Below, piece after piece: positions 17,487 to 27,555 of a stretch of 64,000 nt of DNA (positions are counted from its first letter, which is position 1; each line of letters starts with the position of its first letter). Made by a program: the position numbers and the translations under genes. The notes under the pieces were generated by a model. The model had not been told where the DNA came from and searched no databases. It worked only from the letters and a program-made list of their open reading frames with translations. This DNA is from a virus (Duplodnaviria > Caudoviricetes): positions 9,053 to 73,052 of IMG/VR virus record IMGVR_UViG_2908446538_000001; one strand, given 5' to 3'.

Positions 17487-17717
17487 ATGGATAACCAGCA
17501 CAAGAAAATCACCGGCTACCGCGACCTGAGCCAGTCCGAGATCGACGGCATGAATTCCATCAAGGCGCTGGAAGCTGACACCGGCGAACTGTTCAAGCAG
17601 ATCGGCCAGATTGAAGGCGTTGACCCGCGCCTGCTGGCTCTGGCCAAGACCAACCTGCAACAGGGCTTCATGTGGTTCGTGCGCTCTATCGCCAAGCCAG
17701 CCGATCCATTCAGCTGA
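17487..17717 (+). CDS. acb2: Anti-CBASS Acb2 homologue (cyclic nucleotide sponge)
   Basis: [21 protein letters not shown].IK and R..A.AKT.LQ.G.M...R.IA.P match Acb2/Vs.4 family as recalled; GAGGA RBS. Confidence 0.88.
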   Translation: [76 protein letters not shown]

Positions 17718-17908
17718 TGGGCGACGTAACCCGCCTGCGCCATGCGCTACCGATGAGTCAGGACATCAACGCAGCGGTAAGCGCTCTCGACAAGGCCATT
17801 GCTACCGCCGTGGACGCCGCCAAGGCTGCCGGGCTCCCCCAGGGCCTGATCGTTGGATTGCTCCACGGCCATGCCCATGCACAGACACACCAAATGGTGA
17901 CGCAATGA
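17717..17908 (+). CDS. Small hypothetical protein
   Basis: TGATG coupling to acb2. Confidence 0.65.
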   Translation: MGDVTRLRHALPMSQDINAAVSALDKAIATAVDAAKAAGLPQGLIVGLLHGHAHAQTHQMVTQ

Positions 17909-18159
17909 CCGTCAAGGTTCTTGAGTTCAAGCGGGAAGACTGGCGCGACGCCGCGAAGACACTGCGCAAGATCGCCGATGACCTGGATGCCGGTGAACAT
18001 CCCGAGTGCACTGTAGGTGCCTTGACGCTGATCGGTGCGAAGGGAGAGGTGACTGTGTTCGGCCTCGGCCCCAAGTGCGACGACCTGCAATGCCTGGGGG
18101 CGATGCGCCTGGGGGAGCAGAAGCTGATTGATGTGCTGCTCGATGGCGGGGAAGGGTAG
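17905..18159 (+). CDS. Small hypothetical protein (MTVKVLEFKREDW...)
   Basis: ATGA coupling to previous gene. Confidence 0.7.
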   Translation: MTVKVLEFKREDWRDAAKTLRKIADDLDAGEHPECTVGALTLIGAKGEVTVFGLGPKCDDLQCLGAMRLGEQKLIDVLLDGGEG

Positions 18160-18190
18160 GTGTGCCGCAGGTGAGTGCGGCACGGGTGGA

Positions 18191-18385
18191 TCACTGCGCT
18201 TTCAGAGCCTCTTGGATTTTGTCCGCGTAGCTAGAGAGCTTTCCCAACTCTTGGTCTAGATGGTTTCCGTTGGGGGAGGTTGCCCCAATGCGCACAGAGA
18301 TGAGTTCCAGCGCAGCATTTACTGCTAGGCCGCGTTTGTCTGCCGCTGAGCCGTTTTCATACTTGACGTGATCCAAAAGAGCCAT
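18191..18385 (-). CDS. Small antisense moron protein
   Basis: 64 aa ORF with AAGGA RBS. Confidence 0.65.
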   Translation of the reverse strand: MALLDHVKYENGSAADKRGLAVNAALELISVRIGATSPNGNHLDQELGKLSSYADKIQEALKAQ

Positions 18386-18475
18386 GTCGCATTCCTTGCT
18401 GTTGAGTTGATCCTCACCAATACCGGCAAAACCCTAATATTTCAATCACGCCTTTAGGTTTAGCTGAGACAATTT

Positions 18476-19075
18476 ATGACAACCAAGCAGCCCGACTGGG
18501 AGGCAATCGAACGTGCCTACCGGGCCGGTTCGCTTTCCATCAGAACTATCGCTGAGCGCCAGGGCGTGAGCGACACGGCAATCCGGAAGAAAGCCAAGGT
18601 TCAAGGATGGGCGAGAGACCTTTCTGACCAGGTGCGCAAAGAGGTTCGCAGCAAGCTGGTTCGCGGAGAGGTTCGCAACGACCAAGGCGCGAACTGCGAA
18701 CTTGACGCCGAGATCATCGAAGAGGCCGCAGAAGAAGGGGCTCGGGTGGTTCGCAGCCATCGCCGAGACATTCGCAAGGCCACGAACCTTGCGAACTTGC
18801 TGATGGATGACCTGCTTAATACCATCCAGCGCCGCGAAGAGATTGAAGACGCGATCATCGACGAGACTGGCGAGGACAATAACGGGATGCGCCGGGCCTC
18901 GATGCTCGCTGCTGTCGCGCTACCCAGCAATTCCAAAACCCTGTTCCAGCTTTCCTCTGCAATGAAGAACCTGCAAGTTCTGGAGCGTCAGGCATTCAGC
19001 CTGGACGAGAAGGAGAAGACGGACGACGCCGACGAGATCTCGAAGATGATGGACGAATTAACACAGGACGCCTGA
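18476..19075 (+). CDS. terS: Terminase small subunit
   Basis: PDWEAIERAYRAG.LSIR.IA...GVSDTAIRKKAK..GW HTH; precedes terL. Confidence 0.88.
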   Translation: MTTKQPDWEAIERAYRAGSLSIRTIAERQGVSDTAIRKKAKVQGWARDLSDQVRKEVRSKLVRGEVRNDQGANCELDAEIIEEAAEEGARVVRSHRRDIRKATNLANLLMDDLLNTIQRREEIEDAIIDETGEDNNGMRRASMLAAVALPSNSKTLFQLSSAMKNLQVLERQAFSLDEKEKTDDADEISKMMDELTQDA

Positions 19076-19076
19076 C

Positions 19077-20564
19077 ATGAAGCCCGAGCACATGAAGCTG
19101 CTTCGGGATCGGTTCTGGCGACTGAATAACCTCTACTTCATCACCGACAAGCAGGGTAAGAAGGTTCGCTTCCGCATGACGCAGGAGCAGATCGATTACT
19201 TCCAAGGGATGCATACCCGGAACATCATCCTGAAAGCACGCCAGCTTGGCTTCACGACGCTGGTGTGCATCGTCCAGCTGGACGCGGCGCTGTTCGAGGC
19301 TGCCAAGTGCGCCTTGATCGCTCACACATTGAACGATGCCAAGCGACTTTTCAGGGAAAAGGTCAAATACGCCTACGACAACCTGCCGAAAGAGCTTCGC
19401 GCTGCCAACCCAGCACGAAATGACGCCGCCGGTGAGTTGGTGTTTAGCAAGGGCGGTTCGCTGTACGTCAGTACCTCGTTCCGTGGCGGCACGCTGCGCT
19501 ACCTGCACGTATCCGAGTTCGGAAAGATCTGCGCCAAGTTCCCGTACAAGGCGCGGGAGATCGTCACCGGTGCTTTCGAGGCTGTCGCTGCTGAGTGTTT
19601 CGTCACCATCGAGTCGACGGCAGAGGGCAGGGCCGGGTATTTCTTTGATTACAGTCAGTCGGCAGAGCGCCAGCAACTCGCTGGTGTCCCGCTGGGCCTG
19701 CTTGACTGGAAGTTCTTTTTCTTCAGTTGGTGGAACAACAAGGCCTACAGCCTTGATTCGACCGACGTGGTGCTGCCGCAGCGCCTGACCGACTACTTCA
19801 ACGAGTTGTTCGCCAAGCATGGCATCGACACCAGCCCGGGCCAGCGCGCATGGTACGCCGCCAAGGAGAAGACACTCGGCGACGACATGAAGCGGGAGTA
19901 CCCGTCGATCCCCGTCGAAGCCTTCCAGCAGTCGGTCGAGGGCGCCTACTACGCGCAGCAACTGACGAAGCTCTATGCGCAGCAGCGCATCGGCGTGATA
20001 CCGAACAACAGCCACCTGCCGGTGATGACCTTCTGGGACATCGGCGTCGGCGACTCCACGGCCATCTGGTTCGTGCGCCAGGTCGGTGAAGAGTTTCACA
20101 TCATCGACTACTACGAAAACAGCGGTGAGGGCCTTCGGCACTACATGAAGGTGCTCAAGGACAAGGGTTACACCTACTCCGAGCACTGGGGGCCGCACGA
20201 CATTGATAACCGGGAGTTCGGCAGCGATGCCAAGACCCGCCGGGAGTTGGCTCGGGAGGGCTACGAGATCGATGGGCAGATTTACAGCATGACGTTCGAC
20301 GTAGTCCCGAAAATTGGCATCAGCGACGGCATCGAAGCGGCGCGGGAGATTCTTCCGCTCTGTGTGTTCGATGAGGCGAAGTGCGAGCAGGGTGTTTCCT
20401 GCCTTGAGAACTATCGCAAGGAGTGGGACGACAAGCGCGGCTGCTGGAAAGACAAACCTCTTCACGACTGGACCTCTCACGGCTCCGACGGATTTCGGTA
20501 CTTCGCCGTGGCGAAGACCGCCAGGAAGCCGGCCACCTCTATCAAAATGGGATACGCCCGATGA
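19077..20564 (+). CDS. terL: Terminase large subunit
   Basis: ILKARQLGFTT Walker A, LHVSEFG Walker B, TFWDIG nuclease and HDWTSHGSDGFRY motifs. Confidence 0.95.
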   Translation: MKPEHMKLLRDRFWRLNNLYFITDKQGKKVRFRMTQEQIDYFQGMHTRNIILKARQLGFTTLVCIVQLDAALFEAAKCALIAHTLNDAKRLFREKVKYAYDNLPKELRAANPARNDAAGELVFSKGGSLYVSTSFRGGTLRYLHVSEFGKICAKFPYKAREIVTGAFEAVAAECFVTIESTAEGRAGYFFDYSQSAERQQLAGVPLGLLDWKFFFFSWWNNKAYSLDSTDVVLPQRLTDYFNELFAKHGIDTSPGQRAWYAAKEKTLGDDMKREYPSIPVEAFQQSVEGAYYAQQLTKLYAQQRIGVIPNNSHLPVMTFWDIGVGDSTAIWFVRQVGEEFHIIDYYENSGEGLRHYMKVLKDKGYTYSEHWGPHDIDNREFGSDAKTRRELAREGYEIDGQIYSMTFDVVPKIGISDGIEAAREILPLCVFDEAKCEQGVSCLENYRKEWDDKRGCWKDKPLHDWTSHGSDGFRYFAVAKTARKPATSIKMGYAR

Positions 20565-21979
20565 GCAATGACGTCTCCTTCAAGCGGGCGGAATACACGG
20601 CAGTGCTGGACCGCTGGGCGACCGTTCGCGACGTCTGCGCAGGACAGCACCGAGTTGTCGATCGGCTGCCTTACATCAACGCGCACGACAAGTCGCCGGA
20701 GAACGAAGATCGGAACCGGGCTTACCGCGAGCGGGCTGTGTTCAAGAACGCCACCGGGCACACCCGTAACGGGCTGCTGGGCCTGGCCTTCCACAAAGAT
20801 CCGACGCTGACAGTGCCGAAGAAACTGGAATACCTGCAGGACAATGCCAACGGCTCCGGCGTGAGCATCTACCAGCACTCCCAAGGCACGCTTGAGAAGG
20901 TGCTTGAAGCTGGCCGCCACGGTCTGTACGTCGACTATCACCAGGACGACGGCATCGGCGGTCACTCAGTGATCCTTTCCTACTGCGCCGAGGACATTAT
21001 CAACTGGCGCACCGGCATGGTGAATGGTCACAGTGTGCTAACGCTGGTGGTGCTGCGGGAGTCGCCGGAGATACCGGACGGGTTTGGCTACAAGACAGCT
21101 GAGCAGTACCGGGAACTGGCGCTGGAGGACGACGGTTTTGTCTGCCGCGTCTGGCGTCGGTCCGGTCCGAAAGGTGGCGGGCCGCTGGCGGTCATCGAAG
21201 AGTTCAGGCCGGAAGGCGTCACTGGGCGCTTAAAGGAGATTCCGTTCACCTTCGTGGGCGCGCAGAACAACGACTCAAGCATCGACGAATCGCCGCTCTA
21301 CGACATCGCCATGATTAACCTGGGCCATTACCGGAACAGCGCCGACTACGAAGACAGCGTCTTCTGGTGCGGCCAGGCCCAGCCATGGATTTCGGGCCTG
21401 ACCGAGCAGTGGGTAAAGCTGCTCGAAGCAAAGGGGGTTTACGTCGGATCGCGCGCGCCGATGCTTTTGCCTGCTGGTGGTACATTCGGCTACGCGCAAC
21501 CGGCGCCGAACACGCTGGTCAAGGAAGCAATGGCCGACAAGAACCAGATGATGATCGAACTGGGCGCCCGGATGGTGGTTGCGTCTCTGTCGTCCAAGAC
21601 GGCGACCGAGGCCCGGGGCGATCAGTCGGCGTCCACATCAGTGCTGGCTGGCTGCGTGGCAAACGTCAGCGAGGCCTACACCCGGGCAATCATGTGGTGC
21701 TGCGCCTACATGGGTATCGCTGACAAGAAGGTCGCCTATCAGGTGAATCAGGAGTTCGTCGAACTGACGGCCGATCCGCAGATGATCACTGCCCTTGTAG
21801 GGTTGTGGCAGAACGGAGGGTTCGCAAAAGCGGATCTTCGGGCATATCTGCGCAAGCTGGGGCTGATCGCGCCAGAGCGAACTGACGAGCAGATCGACGG
21901 CGAACTGGAAGAGCAGGGCGATGGCCTGGGCCTGGACGACGAGGACAAAGTAGATGGCGGCGAACCAAGCAATACTTGA
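20561..21979 (+). CDS. Portal protein (DUF4055 type)
   Basis: After terL; YRERAVFKNATGHT, IPFTFVG, PLYDIA.INL.HY motifs. Confidence 0.9.
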   Translation: MSNDVSFKRAEYTAVLDRWATVRDVCAGQHRVVDRLPYINAHDKSPENEDRNRAYRERAVFKNATGHTRNGLLGLAFHKDPTLTVPKKLEYLQDNANGSGVSIYQHSQGTLEKVLEAGRHGLYVDYHQDDGIGGHSVILSYCAEDIINWRTGMVNGHSVLTLVVLRESPEIPDGFGYKTAEQYRELALEDDGFVCRVWRRSGPKGGGPLAVIEEFRPEGVTGRLKEIPFTFVGAQNNDSSIDESPLYDIAMINLGHYRNSADYEDSVFWCGQAQPWISGLTEQWVKLLEAKGVYVGSRAPMLLPAGGTFGYAQPAPNTLVKEAMADKNQMMIELGARMVVASLSSKTATEARGDQSASTSVLAGCVANVSEAYTRAIMWCCAYMGIADKKVAYQVNQEFVELTADPQMITALVGLWQNGGFAKADLRAYLRKLGLIAPERTDEQIDGELEEQGDGLGLDDEDKVDGGEPSNT

Positions 21980-23039
21980 CGCAACCATCCGGCACGCTGT
22001 CTTTCTCGAAAAGCTCAAGGCTGGGGAGGTGGGCAAGTTCGCTCCCTTCCTCAAAGAGATCGACCGGTCCGTTCGGGATCGGCTGACTCAGTCGGACCTG
22101 ACCGAGTACAACGTCAAGCGCCTGGAAGCTTTGCTTAAAGAGGTCGACAGTCTGCTACTTGGCATCTTCGACCGCTATAGCGCGCAACTGAACCTCGACC
22201 TGGTGGACATCGCCAATTACGAGGCCGAGTTCGAGGCGACCAGTCTTGCCAGGTCGGCACCGGTTGGCGTGTCGCTGGATGTAGTCGCGCCGACAGCTGC
22301 TGCAATCCGTACCGCCGTGCTGACGAATCCGCTCAGCGTGCGCGGCACCGGTGGCGGCAAGCTGTTGAAAGCCTTCATCAAGGGCTGGACCGGCGCCGAG
22401 CGAGAGCGCGTCACCGGCACCATCCGGCAAGGCTTCTTTGAAGGGCAGACGAACTTCCAGATCATCCGCAACATTCGCGGCACCAAGGCGGCAGGGTACA
22501 AAGACGGCATCCTGGCCACCACCAACCGCAATGCCAGCACGGTTGTGCATACAGCAATCCAGCATGTGTCGTCACAGGCACGCATGGAGGTGGCGAAGGC
22601 CAACACCGACATCGTTGAGGAGATCCAGATAGTCGCAACGCTGGATAGCAAGACAAGCCAGCAATGCCGCTCATTGGATGGTCGTCGGTTTCCCGTAACG
22701 TCGGGGCCGCGACCGCCGTTTCACCCGAATTGCCGCTCCACTTTCATCATGCTGACCAAGCTCAGCGAGATGTTCGCAAAGGGCGCGACGCGAGCAGCAG
22801 TAGGCGCAGGCGGAGCAGGTCAGGTCAGTGCCAGCCTCGATTACTACAACTGGCTGAAAGATCAGCCAGCAGCGTTCCAGGACGAGGCAATCGGGCCGGT
22901 GCGAGCAAAACTGTTTCGCGAAGGGGGCCTGACGGTCGAGCGCTTCACCGAGTTGCAACTCGATCGCAATTTCGCGCCTCTGACGCTTGCCCAAATGAAA
23001 GGGCTGGAGCCTTTGGCATTCGAGCGCGCCGGCATTTGA
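21954..23039 (+). CDS. Head morphogenesis protein (SPP1 gp7 / Mu F family)
   Basis: ATLDSKTSQQCRSLDG...PPFHPNCRS motif. Confidence 0.92.
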   Translation: MAANQAILDATIRHAVFLEKLKAGEVGKFAPFLKEIDRSVRDRLTQSDLTEYNVKRLEALLKEVDSLLLGIFDRYSAQLNLDLVDIANYEAEFEATSLARSAPVGVSLDVVAPTAAAIRTAVLTNPLSVRGTGGGKLLKAFIKGWTGAERERVTGTIRQGFFEGQTNFQIIRNIRGTKAAGYKDGILATTNRNASTVVHTAIQHVSSQARMEVAKANTDIVEEIQIVATLDSKTSQQCRSLDGRRFPVTSGPRPPFHPNCRSTFIMLTKLSEMFAKGATRAAVGAGGAGQVSASLDYYNWLKDQPAAFQDEAIGPVRAKLFREGGLTVERFTELQLDRNFAPLTLAQMKGLEPLAFERAGI

Positions 23040-23121
23040 CGCAAGAAACTCAATCAGCCGCCTTTGGGCGGTTTTTTATTGCCTGCAAAGCGGGCAACAC
23101 ATACCCAAGGGGTGCATCAAC

Positions 23122-23850
23122 GTGGCAGAAGAAAACGAAATCGACCTGGAAAACCCGGCAATCAAGGCCGCTATCGCGACTGCCGTTGAAGCATCCGTTT
23201 CCGGTTTGAAAACCAAGAACTCGGAACTGCTGGGCAAGCTGAAGGAAACCTCCGGCAAGCTGACTCAGTTCGAAACCCAGTTTGAAGGCATCGATATCGA
23301 CGCCGTCAAAGGTCTGCTCAGTCGGGCGGGCCAGGACGAAGAAACCAAGCTGCTGACCGAGGGCAAGGTAGACGAGGTATTCAATAAGCGCACCGAGCGC
23401 CTGCGTGGCGAGCACGACAAGCAACTGAAGACGCTCGCCGGTCGCGCTGAGAAGGCTGAAGCCTTCGCCGCTAAGTTCCAGGGCAAAGTCCTGGGCGACT
23501 CGGTGCGCGGTGCAGCACTGAAAGCCGGCGCATTGCCGGAAGCAACCGACGACATCATCTTGCGCGCCAAAGGCGTGTTCTCACTGAACGAAGAGGGCGA
23601 AGCCGTCGCTGTTGACGAGAATGGCCAGACCATCCTCGGCAAAGACGGCAAGACCCCTCTGACTCCGCTTGAATGGGCTGAGTCTCTGCGCGAAAGCGCA
23701 CCTCACCTGTGGCCAAGGGCTTCAGGGACACATGCCCCGGGCGGGGGCGGCGGCCAGGCTGCATTTAAGCGCTCCGAAATGACTGCTGAGCAGAAGCGCG
23801 ACTTCCAGCGCAAGCACGGCCAAACCGCATATCTCGCATTGCCCAAATAA
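23122..23850 (+). CDS. Capsid scaffolding protein
   Basis: Charged coiled-coil protein between gp7 and capsid gene. Confidence 0.8.
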   Translation: MAEENEIDLENPAIKAAIATAVEASVSGLKTKNSELLGKLKETSGKLTQFETQFEGIDIDAVKGLLSRAGQDEETKLLTEGKVDEVFNKRTERLRGEHDKQLKTLAGRAEKAEAFAAKFQGKVLGDSVRGAALKAGALPEATDDIILRAKGVFSLNEEGEAVAVDENGQTILGKDGKTPLTPLEWAESLRESAPHLWPRASGTHAPGGGGGQAAFKRSEMTAEQKRDFQRKHGQTAYLALPK

Positions 23851-23862
23851 GGGGAAAGACCC

Positions 23863-24825
23863 ATGGCTACAACTGTCAACAGCGACCTGATCATCTACAA
23901 CGATGAGGCGCAAACTGCTTACCTGGAGCGCATCCAGGATAACCTGGACGTGTTCAATGCCTCGTCCAACGGCGCGATCGTCCTCGACAACGAACTGATC
24001 CAAGGCGACTTCCGCAAGCGTGCTTTCTACAAGCTCGGCGGCGGTCTGGAACACCGCGATGTCAACTCCGACGGCAAGGTAACCGCCAAGAAAATCGGCG
24101 CTGGTGAAGCTGTAGGCGTCAAGGCGCCCTGGAAATACGGTCCATACCAAACCACCGAAGAGGCGTTCAAGCGTCGCGGTCGTGCGGTAGATGAGTTTTC
24201 CCAGATCATCGGCGCCGATGTGGCTGATGCGACCATCGAAGGCTTCATCGAGTACGCCACCGGCGCCCTCAAGGCTGCCATCGGATCGAACGCCGCAATG
24301 GTGGTGTCTGCCAACATCGAAACCGACGGCAAGAAGACCCTGACCCGTGGCATGCGCAAATTCGGCGACAAGTTTGGCCGCATTGCGCTGTGGGTCATGC
24401 ACTCGTCTGCCTATTTCGACATCGTTGATGAAGCGATCGCGAACAAGGTCTACGAAGAAGCGGGCGTCGTGATCTACGGCGGCCTGCCTGGCACCCTGGG
24501 CAAGCCGGTGCTGGTGACCGACAAGGCGCCAGTGGATGCGATCTTCGGCCTGCTGCCGAATGCCGTGGTGATCACCGAGTCCCAGGCCCCGGGTTTCCGT
24601 TCTTACGACGTGAACGACGAGGAAAACCTGGCCATCGGTTACCGCGCCGAGGGCACCGTCAACATCGACGTGCTGGGTTACAGCTGGAAGGAAACCACGG
24701 GCGGTACCAACCCGACTCTGGCCGCCGTCGGCTCTGCTGCGAACTGGGTCAAACACTCGGACAGCAACAAGGTCACCGCTGGCGTGATGATCAACCTCAC
24801 CACCACGCCACCAGTCGGCGGCTGA
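23863..24825 (+). CDS. Major capsid protein
   Basis: 320 aa, strongly biased codons, follows scaffold, GGGGA RBS. Confidence 0.88.
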   Translation: MATTVNSDLIIYNDEAQTAYLERIQDNLDVFNASSNGAIVLDNELIQGDFRKRAFYKLGGGLEHRDVNSDGKVTAKKIGAGEAVGVKAPWKYGPYQTTEEAFKRRGRAVDEFSQIIGADVADATIEGFIEYATGALKAAIGSNAAMVVSANIETDGKKTLTRGMRKFGDKFGRIALWVMHSSAYFDIVDEAIANKVYEEAGVVIYGGLPGTLGKPVLVTDKAPVDAIFGLLPNAVVITESQAPGFRSYDVNDEENLAIGYRAEGTVNIDVLGYSWKETTGGTNPTLAAVGSAANWVKHSDSNKVTAGVMINLTTTPPVGG

Positions 24826-24871
24826 TAACCACCCCAGAAAGCGGTCAGTGATGGCCGCTACGGAGATTCCG

Positions 24872-25462
24872 ATGGAACTCGTTTACACAAATCAGCTTGA
24901 AGGCTTCGAGCCTGGCAAGCGTTATCGCGTCCCAGGCCTGTTCCGCAGCATTGAGCGCGATGCAACAGCGGTGACCGTAGTGGGTAACTATCCCGAAATC
25001 GTCACGGCATACGAAGATGTTGGCGTCGATGTTGAGGTGGTCGCGCTGCCAGAGCCTGTTGTTGTCGGCATGCCGGTGGAGGCATCTAGTGAGTTGTCTA
25101 AGCTGCTTGCCGCTCTGCAAGCCGAGAATGGCGCAATGGTTCTGCTGGTCGACGGCCTGGAGGCTGGCGAAATCCACCGTCCAGAGTCTGGCGAACTGGC
25201 GTTGCGCCTGTTTGACGTGCTGGGCACCATCCATGCTTCGGTTGGTGAGTTGACCACTGAGCGTGATGGCCTGGCCTTGACTGTCGACGCGCTGCGCGCC
25301 GAGGTTGAAGCGCTGAAGAAGTCTGCCCTCGCGCCGCCGGTTGATGAGGCCGGTGAAATCGCGGCGCTGAAAACAAAGCTCGACGAAGCCAAGATTCAGT
25401 ATCGGGCCAACGCCTCCAAAGAATCCCTGGAAAAGCTCGTCGCTGAGCTGCCCAAGGAGTAA
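24872..25462 (+). CDS. Head-associated protein with C-terminal HeH/LEM-like helix pair
   Basis: EIAALKTKLDEAKIQYRANASKESLEKLV; position after capsid. Confidence 0.65.
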   Translation: MELVYTNQLEGFEPGKRYRVPGLFRSIERDATAVTVVGNYPEIVTAYEDVGVDVEVVALPEPVVVGMPVEASSELSKLLAALQAENGAMVLLVDGLEAGEIHRPESGELALRLFDVLGTIHASVGELTTERDGLALTVDALRAEVEALKKSALAPPVDEAGEIAALKTKLDEAKIQYRANASKESLEKLVAELPKE

Positions 25463-25521
25463 TACTGCAGGCTGTCGGTGATCCGGCAGCCGCTCATCAA
25501 AACATTCCAGCGAGTTGACGC

Positions 25522-26025
25522 ATGACACTCATCATTGAGGACGGCACTGGCAAGCCAGACGCCGAAAGCTACGCGAGCGCTGAGGACCTGGCTATGTATG
25601 CCGTGAAATTCGGCACGGTCATCCCCGCAGGCGTTCCTGAGCAGGAAGCGTTGCTGCGCCGGGCCGCCTTGGCGATGGATGGCATGACCTGGAAGGGGCG
25701 CAAGATGAGCAGCGAGCAGGGCCTGTCCTGGCCGCGCCGGGAAGTGCTGCTGGATCATGAGATCAAGCCGAACAACTACCTGCCGGCGCGTATTCAGTAC
25801 GGCCAGATGGCCCTGGCCGCCGAGATTCACCAGGACGACATCGACCCAGTGGAGAAGCGCAAAGGTGCTGTCTTACTGGATCGTGTCGAGGGAGCGGTGA
25901 CGCGGCAGTACGCGGCGATCCCATCTACCAGTAACAGGCTGCTGCCGGCGGCGCCGGATCGGCCGAGTGCAACCCAGTTTGCCGACTACCTACAAAAGCG
26001 CGGGTTGTTCGCGATCCGCGCATAG
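25522..26025 (+). CDS. Head-tail adaptor (DnaT-like family)
   Basis: LIIEDGTGKPDAESY...WKG.K....QGLSWPR. Confidence 0.8.
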   Translation: MTLIIEDGTGKPDAESYASAEDLAMYAVKFGTVIPAGVPEQEALLRRAALAMDGMTWKGRKMSSEQGLSWPRREVLLDHEIKPNNYLPARIQYGQMALAAEIHQDDIDPVEKRKGAVLLDRVEGAVTRQYAAIPSTSNRLLPAAPDRPSATQFADYLQKRGLFAIRA

Positions 26026-26042
26026 CTGCAACGGAGACCACC

Positions 26043-26414
26043 ATGGCCACCTTCTACGACGAAATGGCCGTGATGGCTCTGGAGATGATCACAGAGTTTG
26101 GCCAGCCCGTGACCATCAGCAAGACTGAGCCGGGCGAGTACGACCCGGAGACTGGCGGGGAAGCGCCTGGCGCAACAGTCGAGCAAACCGCCCAGGGCAT
26201 CCTGCTCGACTTCACCGGCCAAGAATTTCAAACCAACAGCCTCATCCGGCAGGGCGACAAGAAGCTCAAGATCGCCGCGCAGGGTTTGGCTTGGGTACCC
26301 GGGCTGCTCGACAAGGTGGTCGCTCAGGGGCGCACCTGGTCAATTGTCCCGCCGCTGAAAGAGGTCAACCCGGCGGGCACGCCGATCCTGTATGAGTTGC
26401 AGGTGCGGTCATGA
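26043..26414 (+). CDS. Head closure / head-tail joining protein
   Basis: Position and FGQPVTI...YELQVR pattern. Confidence 0.75.
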   Translation: MATFYDEMAVMALEMITEFGQPVTISKTEPGEYDPETGGEAPGATVEQTAQGILLDFTGQEFQTNSLIRQGDKKLKIAAQGLAWVPGLLDKVVAQGRTWSIVPPLKEVNPAGTPILYELQVRS

Positions 26415-27067
26415 CGAACAAATACGCGAGTATGAACGGCAGCTTTGCCGAGAACATCCGTGACTTCGCCGAACGGGCGAAAGACGGTATCGACGCAACC
26501 ATTCGCGAGATTGTGATTGAGATCGGCAGCAGCGTTATCCTCAAGTCGCCAGTCGGCAATCCTGAAATCTGGGCAGCGAACGTCGTTCACCGACAGGCGA
26601 ACAAGCGAGCCGCCGATGACTACGACTTCAAGGTTTCGGTGCGCAACACGATCATCAACCTCAACGAATCGAACTTCACAAAGGCCGGCAAGCTGCGAAA
26701 GGGCGTGAAGTACGCCAAGCCCCTGACCAAGACCGAGCGCGACCAGAACTTCAACGTGAACGGTTTGGTTGCAGGCAAGGGCTACGTCGGCGGGCGGTTT
26801 CGCGGGAACTGGCAGTTTTCGATTGATACGCCGGCCGAGGGAGTGCTTGACCAGATCGATGTCAGCGGTAACGTCAGCATCGCCGTGCTCAAGGCGCAGG
26901 TTCAATCCCTGACAGCAGGGCAAACGGCCTACATCGTGAATAACCTGCCCTACGGAATCCCGCTTGAGTATGGGCATAGCAAGCAAGCGCCTCACGGGAT
27001 GATTCGGGTCACGTTGTCTCAGTTCCAGAAAACTGTCGATGACGCCATCAGGAATAACCAAGTATGA
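26411..27067 (+). CDS. Neck protein (HK97 gp10-like)
   Basis: SPV...GRFRGNWQ...NNLPY..PLEYGHSKQAP.GM.R. Confidence 0.85.
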   Translation: MTNKYASMNGSFAENIRDFAERAKDGIDATIREIVIEIGSSVILKSPVGNPEIWAANVVHRQANKRAADDYDFKVSVRNTIINLNESNFTKAGKLRKGVKYAKPLTKTERDQNFNVNGLVAGKGYVGGRFRGNWQFSIDTPAEGVLDQIDVSGNVSIAVLKAQVQSLTAGQTAYIVNNLPYGIPLEYGHSKQAPHGMIRVTLSQFQKTVDDAIRNNQV

Positions 27068-27483
27068 GCCACGCCATCATCGCGTCGATCTACGAGGCCA
27101 AGTTGCTTGCCTGGAGCAAGGCGCGGGCAGAACCCATCAAGGTCGTGTTCGAAAACACTCAGTACGATCCGGCGGATGCCGAGACCTATCTGCGGGCGTT
27201 CATGCTCCCAGGCGACACCGCGAGCAGCACGCTCGCTGGCGACCACCGCGCTTTCATCGGCGTCTACCAAGTCAGCATTGTGGCTCCGGCGAACACCGGG
27301 AAGACAAAGACGAACCCACTGGTAGCTGAGCTGACCGCGCTGTTTCCGCTGTACGCGAGAGACACGAAGGCAGGCCTCACCGTCGTTACGATGTCGCCAG
27401 TTGACCCCGGCCCAGGCATCCCCGATCCACCCACATTTACCGTGTCGGTGTCGTTCGAATACCGAGCGGACATCGCCACCTGA
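27064..27483 (+). CDS. Tail terminator protein
   Basis: GVYQVSIVAPANTG pattern; precedes tail tube. Confidence 0.8.
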   Translation: MSHAIIASIYEAKLLAWSKARAEPIKVVFENTQYDPADAETYLRAFMLPGDTASSTLAGDHRAFIGVYQVSIVAPANTGKTKTNPLVAELTALFPLYARDTKAGLTVVTMSPVDPGPGIPDPPTFTVSVSFEYRADIAT

Positions 27484-27555
27484 ATAAGCCCGCTGGGCAA
27501 ACCCCGAAACCCGCCTCTGTGCGGGTTTTGTCATTTATGAAAAGAGGAAACACCC

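Noticed and set aside
18996-20480. 494 aa minus-strand ORF
   Set aside because: Exact antisense shadow of terL
23722-24756. 344 aa minus-strand ORF (likewise 27592-28437 and 58135-58905)
   Set aside because: Shadows of highly codon-biased capsid, tube and sheath genes
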